64,000 nucleotides of DNA from Chrysomallon squamiferum (taxonomy: Eukaryota; Animalia; Mollusca). The DNA lies in contig CM022674.1 of assembly GCA_012295275.1 (NCBI GenBank), positions 10,230,001 to 10,294,000 of the forward strand, given 5' to 3'. The notes under the pieces were generated by a model. That model was given only the letters and a program-made list of their open reading frames with translations, was not told where the DNA came from and made no database searches. The translations under genes and the position numbers were made by a program. Below are positions 14,812 to 25,600 of the stretch, piece after piece (position 1 is the stretch's first letter; the number at the start of each line of letters is the position of its first letter).

Positions 14812-17800
14812 TTCTGTTTTGTGTAATTAGTGCTTGCTGAGTTTGTGTGTGTGTTTCTGGTGTATAGCTTTGAGTATTTGTGGTGTGTGTATCTCTGTAC
14901 AGGAGTGTGTGTGTGTGTGTGTATGTGTGAATGTTTCTGGGTGTATAGTGTTTGTGGTGTGTGTGTCTTTCTGGTGAACAGTGAGTGTAGTGTGTTTGTG
15001 TTTCTTTAATATAGTGAGTATTTGTACTGTGTATGTTTCTCTGTATATAGTGAGTGTATTGTGTGTGTGTGTGTGTATGTGTGTGTGTGTGTGTTTCTGG
15101 TGTATAGTGAATATTTCTAGTGTGTATCTCTGTACAGGAGTGTTGTGTGTGAGTATAGTATGAATGTAGTGTGTGTGTGTGTGTGTGTGAATGTTTCTGG
15201 GTGTATAGTTAGGGTTTGTGGTGTGTGTATCTCTGTACAGGAGTGTAGTGTGTGTGTTAATGTTTCTGGGTGTCTAGTGTTTGTGGTGTGTGTGTGTGTG
15301 TGACTTTCTGGTGAATAGTGAGTGTAGTGTGTTTGTGTTTCTGATATATAGTGAGTATTTGTAGTGTGTATGTTTCCCTGTGTATAGTGAGTGTTTGTAT
15401 CATGTGTGCGTGTTTCCTGTGTGTGTGGTGAGTTTTTCAAGTGTCTTCTGTGTCTGTGTAGTGAGTATTTGTAGTGTATATCTGTATTTATGTGTGTATA
15501 GTGAGTGTTTGCAGCATGTGTTTTTCTGAGTGTATAGTGTGTTCAATTCTGTGTTGTATAATGAGTGTTTTTAGTGTGTGTGAATGTTTCCTGTGTGTGT
15601 GGTGAGTGTTTTAAGTGTCTGTGTGGGTGTAATGAATATTTGTAGTGTATATCTGTGTTTCTGTGTGCATAGTGAGTGTTTGCAGTATGTGCATTTTTCT
15701 GAGTCTATAGTGAGTGTAATGTGTGTGTGTGTGCATTTCTGTGTTGAATAATGAATGTTTGTAGAGTGTATGTGGTTCTTTGTTGTATAATGAGTGTAGT
15801 GTGTGAGTGTGTGTGTGTGTGTGTGGTCAGTGTTTCAAGTGTCTTCTGTGTCTGTGAGTGTGTAGTGAATATTTGTAGTGTATATCTGTGTTTCTGTTCG
15901 TATAGTGAGTGTTTGCAGTATGTGTGCTTTTCTGAGTATATAGTGTGTATGCATTTCTGTGTTGTATAATGAATGTTTGTAGTATGTGTGTGTGCATGTG
16001 TGTGGTTCTGTGTATATAATGAATATAGTGTGTATCTGTTTCTGGGTGTATAGTGAGGTTTATAGCAAGTGTGTGGGCGTGTATCTGGTGTATAATGAGT
16101 GTATACGTACATGTGTATGTGTGTGTGGTTCTGTTGTATAATAAGTGCTTGCTGTGTTTGTGTGTGTTTTTGGCATATAGTGAGTGTTTGTAGTGTGTGT
16201 ATATCTGTACAGTGAGTGTAGTGTGTGTGTGTGTATGAACGTTTTTGGGTGTTTAATGAGTGTTTGTGTGTTTGTTTCTGTGTGTACAGTGTATGTATGT
16301 CTGTTTCTGCATGAACACCCTAACAATATAAAATAGATTTTCTCAACCTGGACAAAATAGCACCATTTATACACTATGAGAACACTGGGCAGTGGTTCAG
16401 AACTACAAATATTATTTACAATCTAAATGCTAAACTATTGTACTTCTGTCACTGGATATAATTTAGCATAAAGGCCCTAATCTTAACCTCTTGGGCTGAG
16501 CTCAGTCAGTGAGCAAGAAGTCATGACACCAAGTAGCAATTCACCCAGGTATAACAGGAGTGTGAAATCATGCTGTACCCTGCATTACCATATTCTGTTC
16601 AAAAGATTGTACATTCAGTGCACGTTATTAAATAATGCTACCTGACAATATATATACTATTATGATATCACTGAAATCATTGAAAAGCAGATGTTTCATG
16701 GTTTATTAATGAATTAGTAATATTGGATCTGCTATTGTGAATTGTGGAATTTTCAAACAAAAAAATTCAGCAATTTCCGCGAAGATGTAGGAGATTTCTA
16801 AATTACTGTGCTGAAATTAGTTGAAAAATTCTGCAAAATGTTTTTAAGTACATTTCACAATATACCCAGAAAACAGCACTGCATGAACCATTTGACCTGT
16901 CAAGTTGTGACCTGGGCATTCCAATGGCAAGACTGTTTATGACAGTTTATGACAATGATTTCCAAATACACATCCAAATGTGCTGCAAGAATACTTCCTG
17001 GATGATTTGGTAAATTTGTTGGTCCTAGAAATGAATTGCTACCAACATCAATGCCCATCAGGCCTTTGTTGAAAGACCAGTCCACTGGACTAAGTACTAT
17101 TTTTTCCCTAAGTATATTCACACTGCAGCTGCCACATCAGGCACTGGATTGGAAAAGCATGATTTCAGATTCTACTAGAACTAGCCAAGTGAATCACTAC
17201 CCAGTGCAGTGGTTCTCACTCACTGACTGCAGAAATGACTACACATCATCTGTCTTTGAACCAAAATTAATCAGTCAGACAATACTAATCAGCAAAAACA
17301 ACCCAACCATTATCATCACTCACTTGCTGAGCGACCTGACCCAAGTTGTTACAGTTTATTCAAAATTGGGTGCTAAAAAATAAACATTGGTGAAAAACTA
17401 TTGTGTAACTGACCATAACACTAACAGACACTGACCTTGTGATCTCTGTCTACCGTACAGATCATGACACAGTCAGCAAATTTCTCTTTTGATACAATGT
17501 CATGCCAATCTAAAACAGAAATAATTAACATACAGACATATACACACAACCACAGCAATAGTGTATATTAAATTATTTTTTAAAAACAACAGTGAAGGTC
17601 CAGTAGTTCTGCTGTGGTCTTACAATAATTAAGTTTTCAAGGCTGGACTGTAAAAGTTATTTGACAAACTGAATATGTAACCTGCAATATCACATAAACA
17701 ATTTTGGTCTTTGTGAAAATAAGTCAAACATGCACACACACATACACACACACCTACATACACACACTTAAACTGAATGCATTTATTGAAAAAAAGCAAC

Positions 17801-18385
17801 AGATTAAAGTGTTTCTGTCTTTTTCAAAAATCATCAATCATTGTGTGCATGACAAATCAGTGTATTTATTAGTGGTCTAAAAATGCTTTTTCTGAATACT
17901 GCTCAGAATTAAATGAAAATGATGATAATTTGGCTTATTTGTACCTTTGAAGCAAAATGCATCATCTAGTTTGTGTTCTTCTTTTTCTTGATTTCTTTGA
18001 AAATCTCTTGGTTCAGCTACAGCAACAATCTATTAATAATGACAGCCATTTTCATTTCAAAAGATAATTTATATTATTTTATTTTTTGAATACCTAGCTG
18101 CTATAAGCAAACATAAGAATCTTATGTAAGAGTTTCAGAATGTAAATTCCATGACAGATTGCAGATATTGTGAATAACAAAATAAAATCACTTAACATTT
18201 TATTTAAAATTATTTATTCTAAGAATTAAATTATATTTCCAAGTCAAATTTTTAAATTTCACCTTGAATTTATCAGGGTAGTACAAAGCATATGATGCAT
18301 AACAATGTCCTCTGCTTCCAGCTCCTACAAGAACACACGTCACAGGTTTGATGGAAGAGGATTTGTGGCAGTCTCCAGTGGACAT
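8471..18385 (-). CDS. Gfo/Idh/MocA-family NAD(P)-dependent oxidoreductase (YteT-like), 12 coding exons, ~435 aa
   Basis: Exons (minus strand): 18385-18263, 18029-17945, 17509-17436, 11568-11509, 11299-11135, 10980-10795, 10644-10555, 9981-9853, 9452-9351, 9200-9131, 8862-8768, 8599-8471 (TAA); total 1308 nt, frame continuous. Motifs: Rossmann fold [25 protein letters not shown] (family EKP motif), [59 protein letters not shown] and GHGGSD. Confidence 0.93.
11620..16310. repeat. Compound TG/CA-rich satellite filling most of an oxidoreductase intron
   Basis: A degenerate ~30-45 bp unit resembling GTGTATAGTGAGTGTTTGTAGTGTGTGTGTTTCTG repeats throughout, interspersed with pure (TG)n runs. It includes a near-identical ~735 bp tandem duplication (about 13010-13747 and 13748-14480). 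Confidence 0.95.
16470..16696 (+). mobile_element. Possible degenerate SINE-like interspersed repeat
   Basis: Non-coding higher-GC patch ending in GATATCACTGAAATCATTGAAAAGCAGATGTTT, which resembles SINE 3' ends I recall from molluscan genomes. A similar motif occurs near 34470. Not verified. Confidence 0.2.
16890..17170 (-). mobile_element. Decayed retroelement fragment, possibly DIRS-like RNase H region
   Basis: Higher-GC island within an intron. Minus-strand translation gives NIL..KIVL...SFNKGLMG....NHPGS and, in another frame, CPGHN. This loosely resembles DIRS RNase H (INxLELxAV...NxQGG...HIPGxxN). Frames are broken and the similarity was judged by eye only. Confidence 0.25.
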
Positions 18386-18505
18386 TTTGAGAATTTTCTG
18401 AAATTTTCTGAGAATAAATGAAATATTATTAGAATCACTATGCAATTATACATAGCACACTGAAGAACCTGATACATTAGTATAATATTATGTTTTGTGA
18501 GTGTT

Positions 18506-18982
18506 TAAAGAAATATTAGTTAATCACTACTTGACATCATAACAGACTAAAGAAATATTAGTTAAACACTACTTGACATTCATAACAGATTAAAGAAATA
18601 TTAAGGTAATCATTACATGACAATGTTACACTAAAGAAATATTGGTGTAATCACTACTTGGCCATGTATCACACAAAAGAAATATAATCAGTGCCTGACA
18701 GTCTCACATTAAAGAAATATTAGTACAATCTCTACTTGCAGTGACACTAAATAAATATTAATGTTGTCAATATTTGGGAGTGTCACATTAAAGAAATATT
18801 TGTGAATCACTACTTGACAGTGTCATACTAAAAAAAATATCAAATATTCACAAATTAAAAACAGATCACGCTGAAGATATACTAATGTAATCACTACTTG
18901 ACACTGACACACTAACTCTTTTTAGCGTAATCACTCTCCTGACAAAGTGACACATTAAAGAAATATTAATGTAAACACTAAA
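18506..18982. repeat. Minisatellite, ~40-42 bp unit, about 11 diverged copies
   Basis: Recurring TAAAGAAATATTAGTGTAATCACTACTTGACAGTGTCACAC-like unit, e.g. at 18506, 18548, 18591, 18632, 18710, 18789 and 18956. Confidence 0.85.
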
Positions 18983-19469
18983 TAGTTTGTTCAGAAAAAA
19001 GGAAAACCTACATTGTTTTATGAATTATAACGCAGTAACTGGTTCGGAAACTCAATACTATAATTTTTAAGTTTTTATTACATCTTTGAGCCCGCACTTT
19101 AATAGCATTAACATTAAATCCGAGTTTTTCTAAATCCAAATATGTATTCAGTAACAAATGAAAATAACAAAATAAAACTTGTGTAATAATGTCAATAATA
19201 GTTTAGATATAAATATATTAATATAACTTATCGCAAATGTTTCATCAGAAAACTTGTGTAATAGTACTACAACTTGACTTAGTATAAGTTAAAATAAATT
19301 ATTTTAGATCAAATCGATGAACCTGTGATGAAACTATTACATTTATTTATATTTCAGACGTCAAATATAATTCATAAATTTCTTTAAAATGTTCATAATT
19401 CAGTGGCAGTAGAAAAATAATGACAACGCTCCTATTCTCAAATAATTTGTCAACATCAAATGTTTTTAG

Positions 19470-19628
19470 TTCCCGCTTCCGGGTTAGTCTCTCTTTTGTT
19501 GACCAATGAAGTACCCAGTTGCCTGCCACGTGACCACGCCTTCCTGTGTTGTAATTCTCCACCGCGTGTAAATCGGGCACCGTTTAGCTCTATTTCGGCC
19601 TCTGATTTCTCGTAAAAACAAATTCGAA
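19470..19628. promoter_or_regulatory. CpG-rich bidirectional promoter between the oxidoreductase (-) and the repeat-protein gene (+)
   Basis: Local CpG/GC peak in a CpG-depleted background. It contains an ETS-type site GCTTCCGG (~19475), CCAAT (19503) and an E-box CCACGTGAC (~19526). A YY1-like CAAGATGGCG lies downstream at ~19957. The two ATGs (18385 on -, 19629 on +) are only ~1.25 kb apart and diverge. Confidence 0.7.
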
Positions 19629-22600
19629 ATGACTGATGCAAAGTCCACCCTTACTCGCGATGGAACGATGCAGGTGACTGCAAAGGTGGGTAAAAAAATC
19701 GCGCATCGGATACTTAGAAATTTGCTTTTGAAAAAGGGTGTGTATTGTGTGTTGAGGCAATAGCTTTTAGATATGTTTAGCTTTCTACCCCACTGACCTA
19801 TATTTGTCATTTTTAGAAAGAAGATAATAAAATTAAGAAATTAATCATTAATATTATGAAAGTATATTAATCGAATTTATTTCTTGTGAATTTGCATACC
19901 TTACAGATGCTGACGAAGACTTGTTAAATAGGTTAGAAAATTTGGTTGTCAATTTTCAAGATGGCGTCTGTTGATGGAACAAGGTCATGTTTCTTGTTGT
20001 ACCGCTTTACTAAGCTTAATGACAAAGCAAATAGAGGCGCGTACAACCATGACTTCTTGTACATACATTGTATTAGTGTATAGGTACTTTTTAAAGACTT
20101 GACTTATATGTCTTAACAGTATAAGTTTTTTATAAATTTAAAATGATGTTTATGGAAGGAGCCAGCTATTAAATGAACTGAAAGAGACGCTTTTTTTTTT
20201 TTTTTTTACTTCTTTTACACACTCAGCAGTTATTTTTTTCATTGGGAAACTATGCTTGAAAAATCCTAACATTTTATTATCTTTTTATAATTATTTTTAC
20301 AACTAACAGAGAAAGTGAAAGTAAAAATTGTACATTTTACCTGATCAGCTGATTTTTCCACATAACACTCTATCTGGCTGGTTCAAACATCCATACAAAA
20401 TCTGAAATAAGAAGCGTCTCATTTACCATTTATATTTGAAAACTGAAGAAATCAGCCAAAGGAAAAAAACTGAATTGCCGTAACCACATTTGTAACAATG
20501 ACATAGTGACTAACAACATAAATAACTAAAAATGACTAGAATGCCACATCATCATTTGTGACATTTTATATATACACACATCAAGCCAAACAATGTTCTA
20601 CATTAGATCCTTTTATGCTTTTTGAAGTGTTAAAAATACATTCAGTCATTATATATATATATATATATATAATATGTATAGTGTTCCTTTTAATTTTTTA
20701 GTTACTTGTATAATAATAAATTTATGAATATTTGCTTTGAAAGGGAAAGAAAATGCTTTGCCTGTCAGAAATTGAAATAAAATGTTTGAAAATCAAATAT
20801 TGAGGTGTTTTTGTGTATTTTGCATTTTTAGAATTAAAGAATTTTCTTTTACTTTTAATTACACTGAAATGTTGAATAGATATTTTAATATAAATAACAA
20901 TACTTGTATTTTTTTTAATGATAATAAGTTATGACAGGAATCTTGCTACCATTGGTTCACAAATCAGTCCTCAGATAACAACAAGATATGTTTTACACAG
21001 ATATTTCTGACAACAGGTAACTACTTCTCAAATTTCTTAAATAATTTTTTAATTAGAAAACACTGACTGGAAGTGACAATATCATGAACTACTCTTTCTA
21101 ATTAGCAGCCACTATATATCTGAATCCAGACAATGTAGCCTTTGTAACACAAACTAGAACGAGAAATAACTTGGTGGATCCTCTGTGAAGGATCAATTTA
21201 ATAGACACCACTTAGCTAAGACCCACTTCTTGAAAACAGCAGATAGATCAGTGAACTTGTGTAATGTAAAATGTGACTGATCAGCAATACTTTATTTCTG
21301 TTCTGTTTATTTCATTTACAAAACGTGTCTAATTTTTAATCTGGTGAATTTCTCAGTATTTTCTGTCTTGTTTAAACCATCTGCTGAATAATATAACATT
21401 GATAATATACGTGATTGTAAAAAACAATTCAGATACTGGAAAATTATTTAGACAAAATCAAACAAATTATCATATGGATGTAAATCCTTTTTAATGTTTG
21501 ATTCATAAGAGAGCTTAAAGGTCAGTCTTTGGTGACAGCATTTCCCATTCAAGGATGTACCCTTCCTGGTTCCTAAGAGTGTAGACAGTCTCAGATACAA
21601 ATCATCTGTGTTTGTTTGATAGCTGAAGAGCTCACTGATAAGTCCTCTGTGACAAACCTTCTGGTTTCACTTAGTGATCTTGTTTGTTCCTAACATGGAA
21701 CTACAAGTCAGATTTACTTAGATCAAACCTTCATTAATTTGTAATGTATGTTATTTATGAGTCAACTCATTGTTAAGTGCTTGCTGGTGGTAATTCCCAT
21801 TCCAACAAATGCTCTTCCTCCTTCATAACCTATAGACCTGTCAGTCAGATATCCATTATTTTTTAATATTTCATACCTAAATCAGTTCATAGATCAAACT
21901 TTTGTGACATAAAATCCCATTCCAACTATTACTCTTCCTAATTCCTTACATTATATATCCATCAGTCAAATTATATCACAGACAAATATTGATTTTAATG
22001 TTTGATGTCAAACTTAAGTGTTGTTTGAATAAAACAGTATCTATACAAGACACACGATACTGAAACCCCTTTAAATGGCTAATGTGAGATTTTCAATAAT
22101 AATTTTTTTTATATACAACTCTGAAATGTATGAATTTTCTCGTTTTGACTTTATGGCATAGCCATAAGCTCTGGATATGGCATTTTAAAAAATACAAACT
22201 AATAGGTCTACTTTGGTGACAAATGATTGTAAAATGTTGATTTAAAGGTTACATACTGGACCTATTTCAGTATTTACAGTTTCAGTGAAATCTGGTTTGT
22301 TATTTAGAAAATGTTTACAGTTAGTGATAAAAATAATTCATGAAAGAACAATTCCAGGTGGTTTTTTTTTTTGTTCATTTAATGATGCATATCCATTTCT
22401 GAAAAAAACAACCTTGACATATTTTGTATTAGTTTACTGTTGTTGTTATTCTTTTGTTCTTGGATTATATTATCCAGATTTGTGATAAATACAATACTAA
22501 TGATGATGAAGTGATCTTTTTTTAAAAGTTGCCATTATTAGGACTTAAAAAGTACTGCTACTCTGACAACATAAGAATTATCAGATAGATGCAGTTAAAT

Positions 22601-25600
22601 TTAGAGATAAATAATTTTAATTTACATTTAATTATTCTTCATTATTAATGAGGTAAGATTTGAAAATATTTGTTATTACAAATCCACCAGTTTATGTATA
22701 TTGTTTTGTAACTTTTTAGTTAAACACTGGAATGAGGGAGCTGTGGCTTGGTGCTCAGACAACAAGACTATTTCTTAATGTTACCTCATTTCCAGCCTCA
22801 AAAATTCGTATAACAGATATTCTGATGCTAAATGTAAAAACAAAAATATCTCCTCTATCTGTATGTAAAAATTATACATTTTTGAAAAATGTGTTTTGTT
22901 AAGTAAAACTTATCTTTCAGTTCTTGGTTATTGTAAATAAACTGCAGAATAAAATATATTTTCACAAATTATTTTGCTGGATGACTGTAGATGTATGAAA
23001 ATAATATACTTTTATTAGTGCAGTTTAATTATTTGATTAATATTTTTGATAAAATGTTTCTGTAGTGGAAAATGTGTTGTGATAATAACTAATGGTCAAT
23101 GGACCATTTGAAATATTAATGCTGTTCAGTGATAATATGGATTAGAAAGAAAATGGTATTAATACTGGATAGGGATTTTATAGCCATATGTATAGTGTTT
23201 GCATAATAGCTTTATTTGTGATATCGAAACTTAAATTACATGGGTAATATTTATATCTATATCAGTGTGGAAAAAGTACTCCCATATATTCAAACATTGG
23301 ATGCCTTAGTCTAGTTAAATCTTCAGTGGGATTTATATATATAACTATGTTTAACTATATTAAGGTACCCAGTATTTGACTAAATCAAAAGTATTTCCTA
23401 CTCCTGTTTAATTTTGTTTTTACATTGTTTGAATATAGTTAGAATGACTTTAGATGTTCACAGCCATTCAAATTTTAATGAGATTAATTTTAATGACTGA
23501 AATTTTCGAATAAACAAAAGTATTTCCATTTTTTGTATTTGTTTTGAAATTCATACATGTGGGTAATTGGCATGATATTAGTATGTTGTTCACAACCAAT
23601 CAGGTTTCTTCAATTTACACATAATCCCAGTTTCTATTTGCCAACAACACAGTTTCAATTATTATGTTAACAACTGGAATTACTTTCTGGTATTTGCAGT
23701 CCACTATGGCCCATTTCCTTTTTACTGACATATTTACACTGGAGCATCATTTTTTATTTGTCAGTGAACAGCCCACATAGGATAGGTTTTATGTAGGGAA
23801 GCAGTACCTGATGTTTGTTGTGTTAAGGGTGTGTTTCAAAGTTAACATATATGCTGGCCAGCTGTCTGTCTCAGAGGTATTATTAGCCTAACAAAGGGTG
23901 GCTTGTATTCTGATCTTTTCATGACGGTTATATACAAACAAATGTTGTGCATCACATTTAAACATCTGAGTTTGTAAGTTTTAGTTTGTGGAAATATATA
24001 TTTAAAAATTTTGAAAATTTACTGGTGTATTTCTTTGGATTGAAAGCTTAATGTTGTGGATTTTATGAGTATTTTGTTCACAATGTTTGATTAAAAGAAA
24101 AGATTTCTGCTTATTCTAAAACTGTTTGGATACATGAATAATTTTTTCTATATTAATCTATTTAATTTAGAATTTGAATTTTACATGTTTTGAAAAAGAA
24201 AGTTTCCTTCAGCTTTCTGGATGTGAAGTTTCTTTGTATTTAGTCCATGTTTCTGGATTTTCTTATGTCAGAAGTTACAACACATACTGTACTACTAAGA
24301 AGTGTTTTGTCTTTTGCTGGGTTTTGAATTTTCATTGAACAAACTTTAATGTAAAGTAAGCAAAAACATGCATCATTGTGTAAATTTTAAAAACAGTTTT
24401 ATTAGTTTCATTCTGAAGTGTTTGAAGTTTGATGGGGTTTTTTTTTTAGTTGCTTGTTTACTAAGAAATGTGTGTTGAAAACATCTGAGTTTATTCTCAT
24501 CAAGTGTTCCTTGTTCTAAAGTACAGTCAGCCCCTTCAGTGTTTCAGAGTAGTCTACAGACAGGAAATTTTCAACAAATTTTCTTTTATATTTGTTTTAA
24601 TTTTTTAATTTATTTTTATTTGTTTTACATTTCAGATATGAAAACACAGACAAACTGTTGATATACCATCAACACTATTTTTTTGTAGGTACTGTGATGG
24701 TAATACTATTAATTTCAGCAGTTTCCTTGATATATGTAACTCTATGACTGGTGCATGTCTGGTTTTTCTTGTAGGAAGGTATACAGTATCTTGAGGACTC
24801 AGGACACACAAAGTTGTTACAGATGCAGGGTTTGACAAATGAGGAAAAAGAAAAACAGCTCAACAGAGACTCAACTATGGTTGCAACTGCTAAGGTTCAT
24901 TACTGAAAATGCTGCTAAAATTTTGTAAACAACAACAAATTAGACATCTGGATTTGTCATGTTTTTTGTATAAGTAGCTATTTTATAATGAAATGGCTGT
25001 TACATTGGTTGTGCAGTGAGATTGTGGTTGTGGCAGCATTTATATTTTGTTTTTATTTTTAAATATATTTTTGTTTTATTTTATTTATATGTTTATTTTT
25101 GTATTCATTTTTTATTTTTATTTTCTCTATAAATGATTATTGTGATATATAAAGTCTGTAGCATTAATGACTTTTATTAACATTTATATAACTTCTGATA
25201 TTTAATTTCATTTAAGTTTTTCTTTAATTTATTTATTTTCTTTCTTTCTTTATTTTTTAATTTCCCAAACTGTCTTAGAGATGAGTTTTTCTTTTTGATT
25301 ACCAAGTTTAATTAAAAATGTAATTTTTACAAATTCTAGCATTCATTGCGTTAAATAATTTCTTGTATTTCATTTAGATGAAATATACTGATATCAATTT
25401 TTTTTTAATTTTTTTTTTATTTTAGTTACAAGAATATAACAATTTGCTATAATGTGGTGTCAAATTTAATGTTTGTTTGGCAAGATTCCTATTTTTATTT
25501 GATGTATCTCAGAACAGTTATAAAATAATTTGGTTTAGTATCTATCTGAAAAATATATTGAAAACGTATTTTAGAAAGTATTTAACACATTGGTTTTGTC

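Noticed and set aside
12386-16374. Long His/Thr-rich ORFs (196-296 aa) on the minus strand and Val/Cys-rich ORFs on the plus strand
   Set aside because: They are open in several frames at once because the CA/TG satellite is poor in stop codons. They lie inside an intron of a gene whose exons join without them.
18506-18982. Regularly spaced ~40 bp repeats that superficially resemble a CRISPR array
   Set aside because: The whole unit repeats with divergence, there are no unique spacers or cas genes, and the context is eukaryotic. It is a minisatellite.
19347-19810. Three overlapping minus-strand ORFs over the promoter
   Set aside because: They have no recognisable motifs, are explained by locally higher GC, and overlap the promoter and the plus-strand first exon.
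22500-22566. ATGATGA ... CTGA pair resembling a C/D-box snoRNA
   Set aside because: There is no terminal stem and no guide sequence I could match to rRNA or snRNA. Such pairs are frequent by chance.
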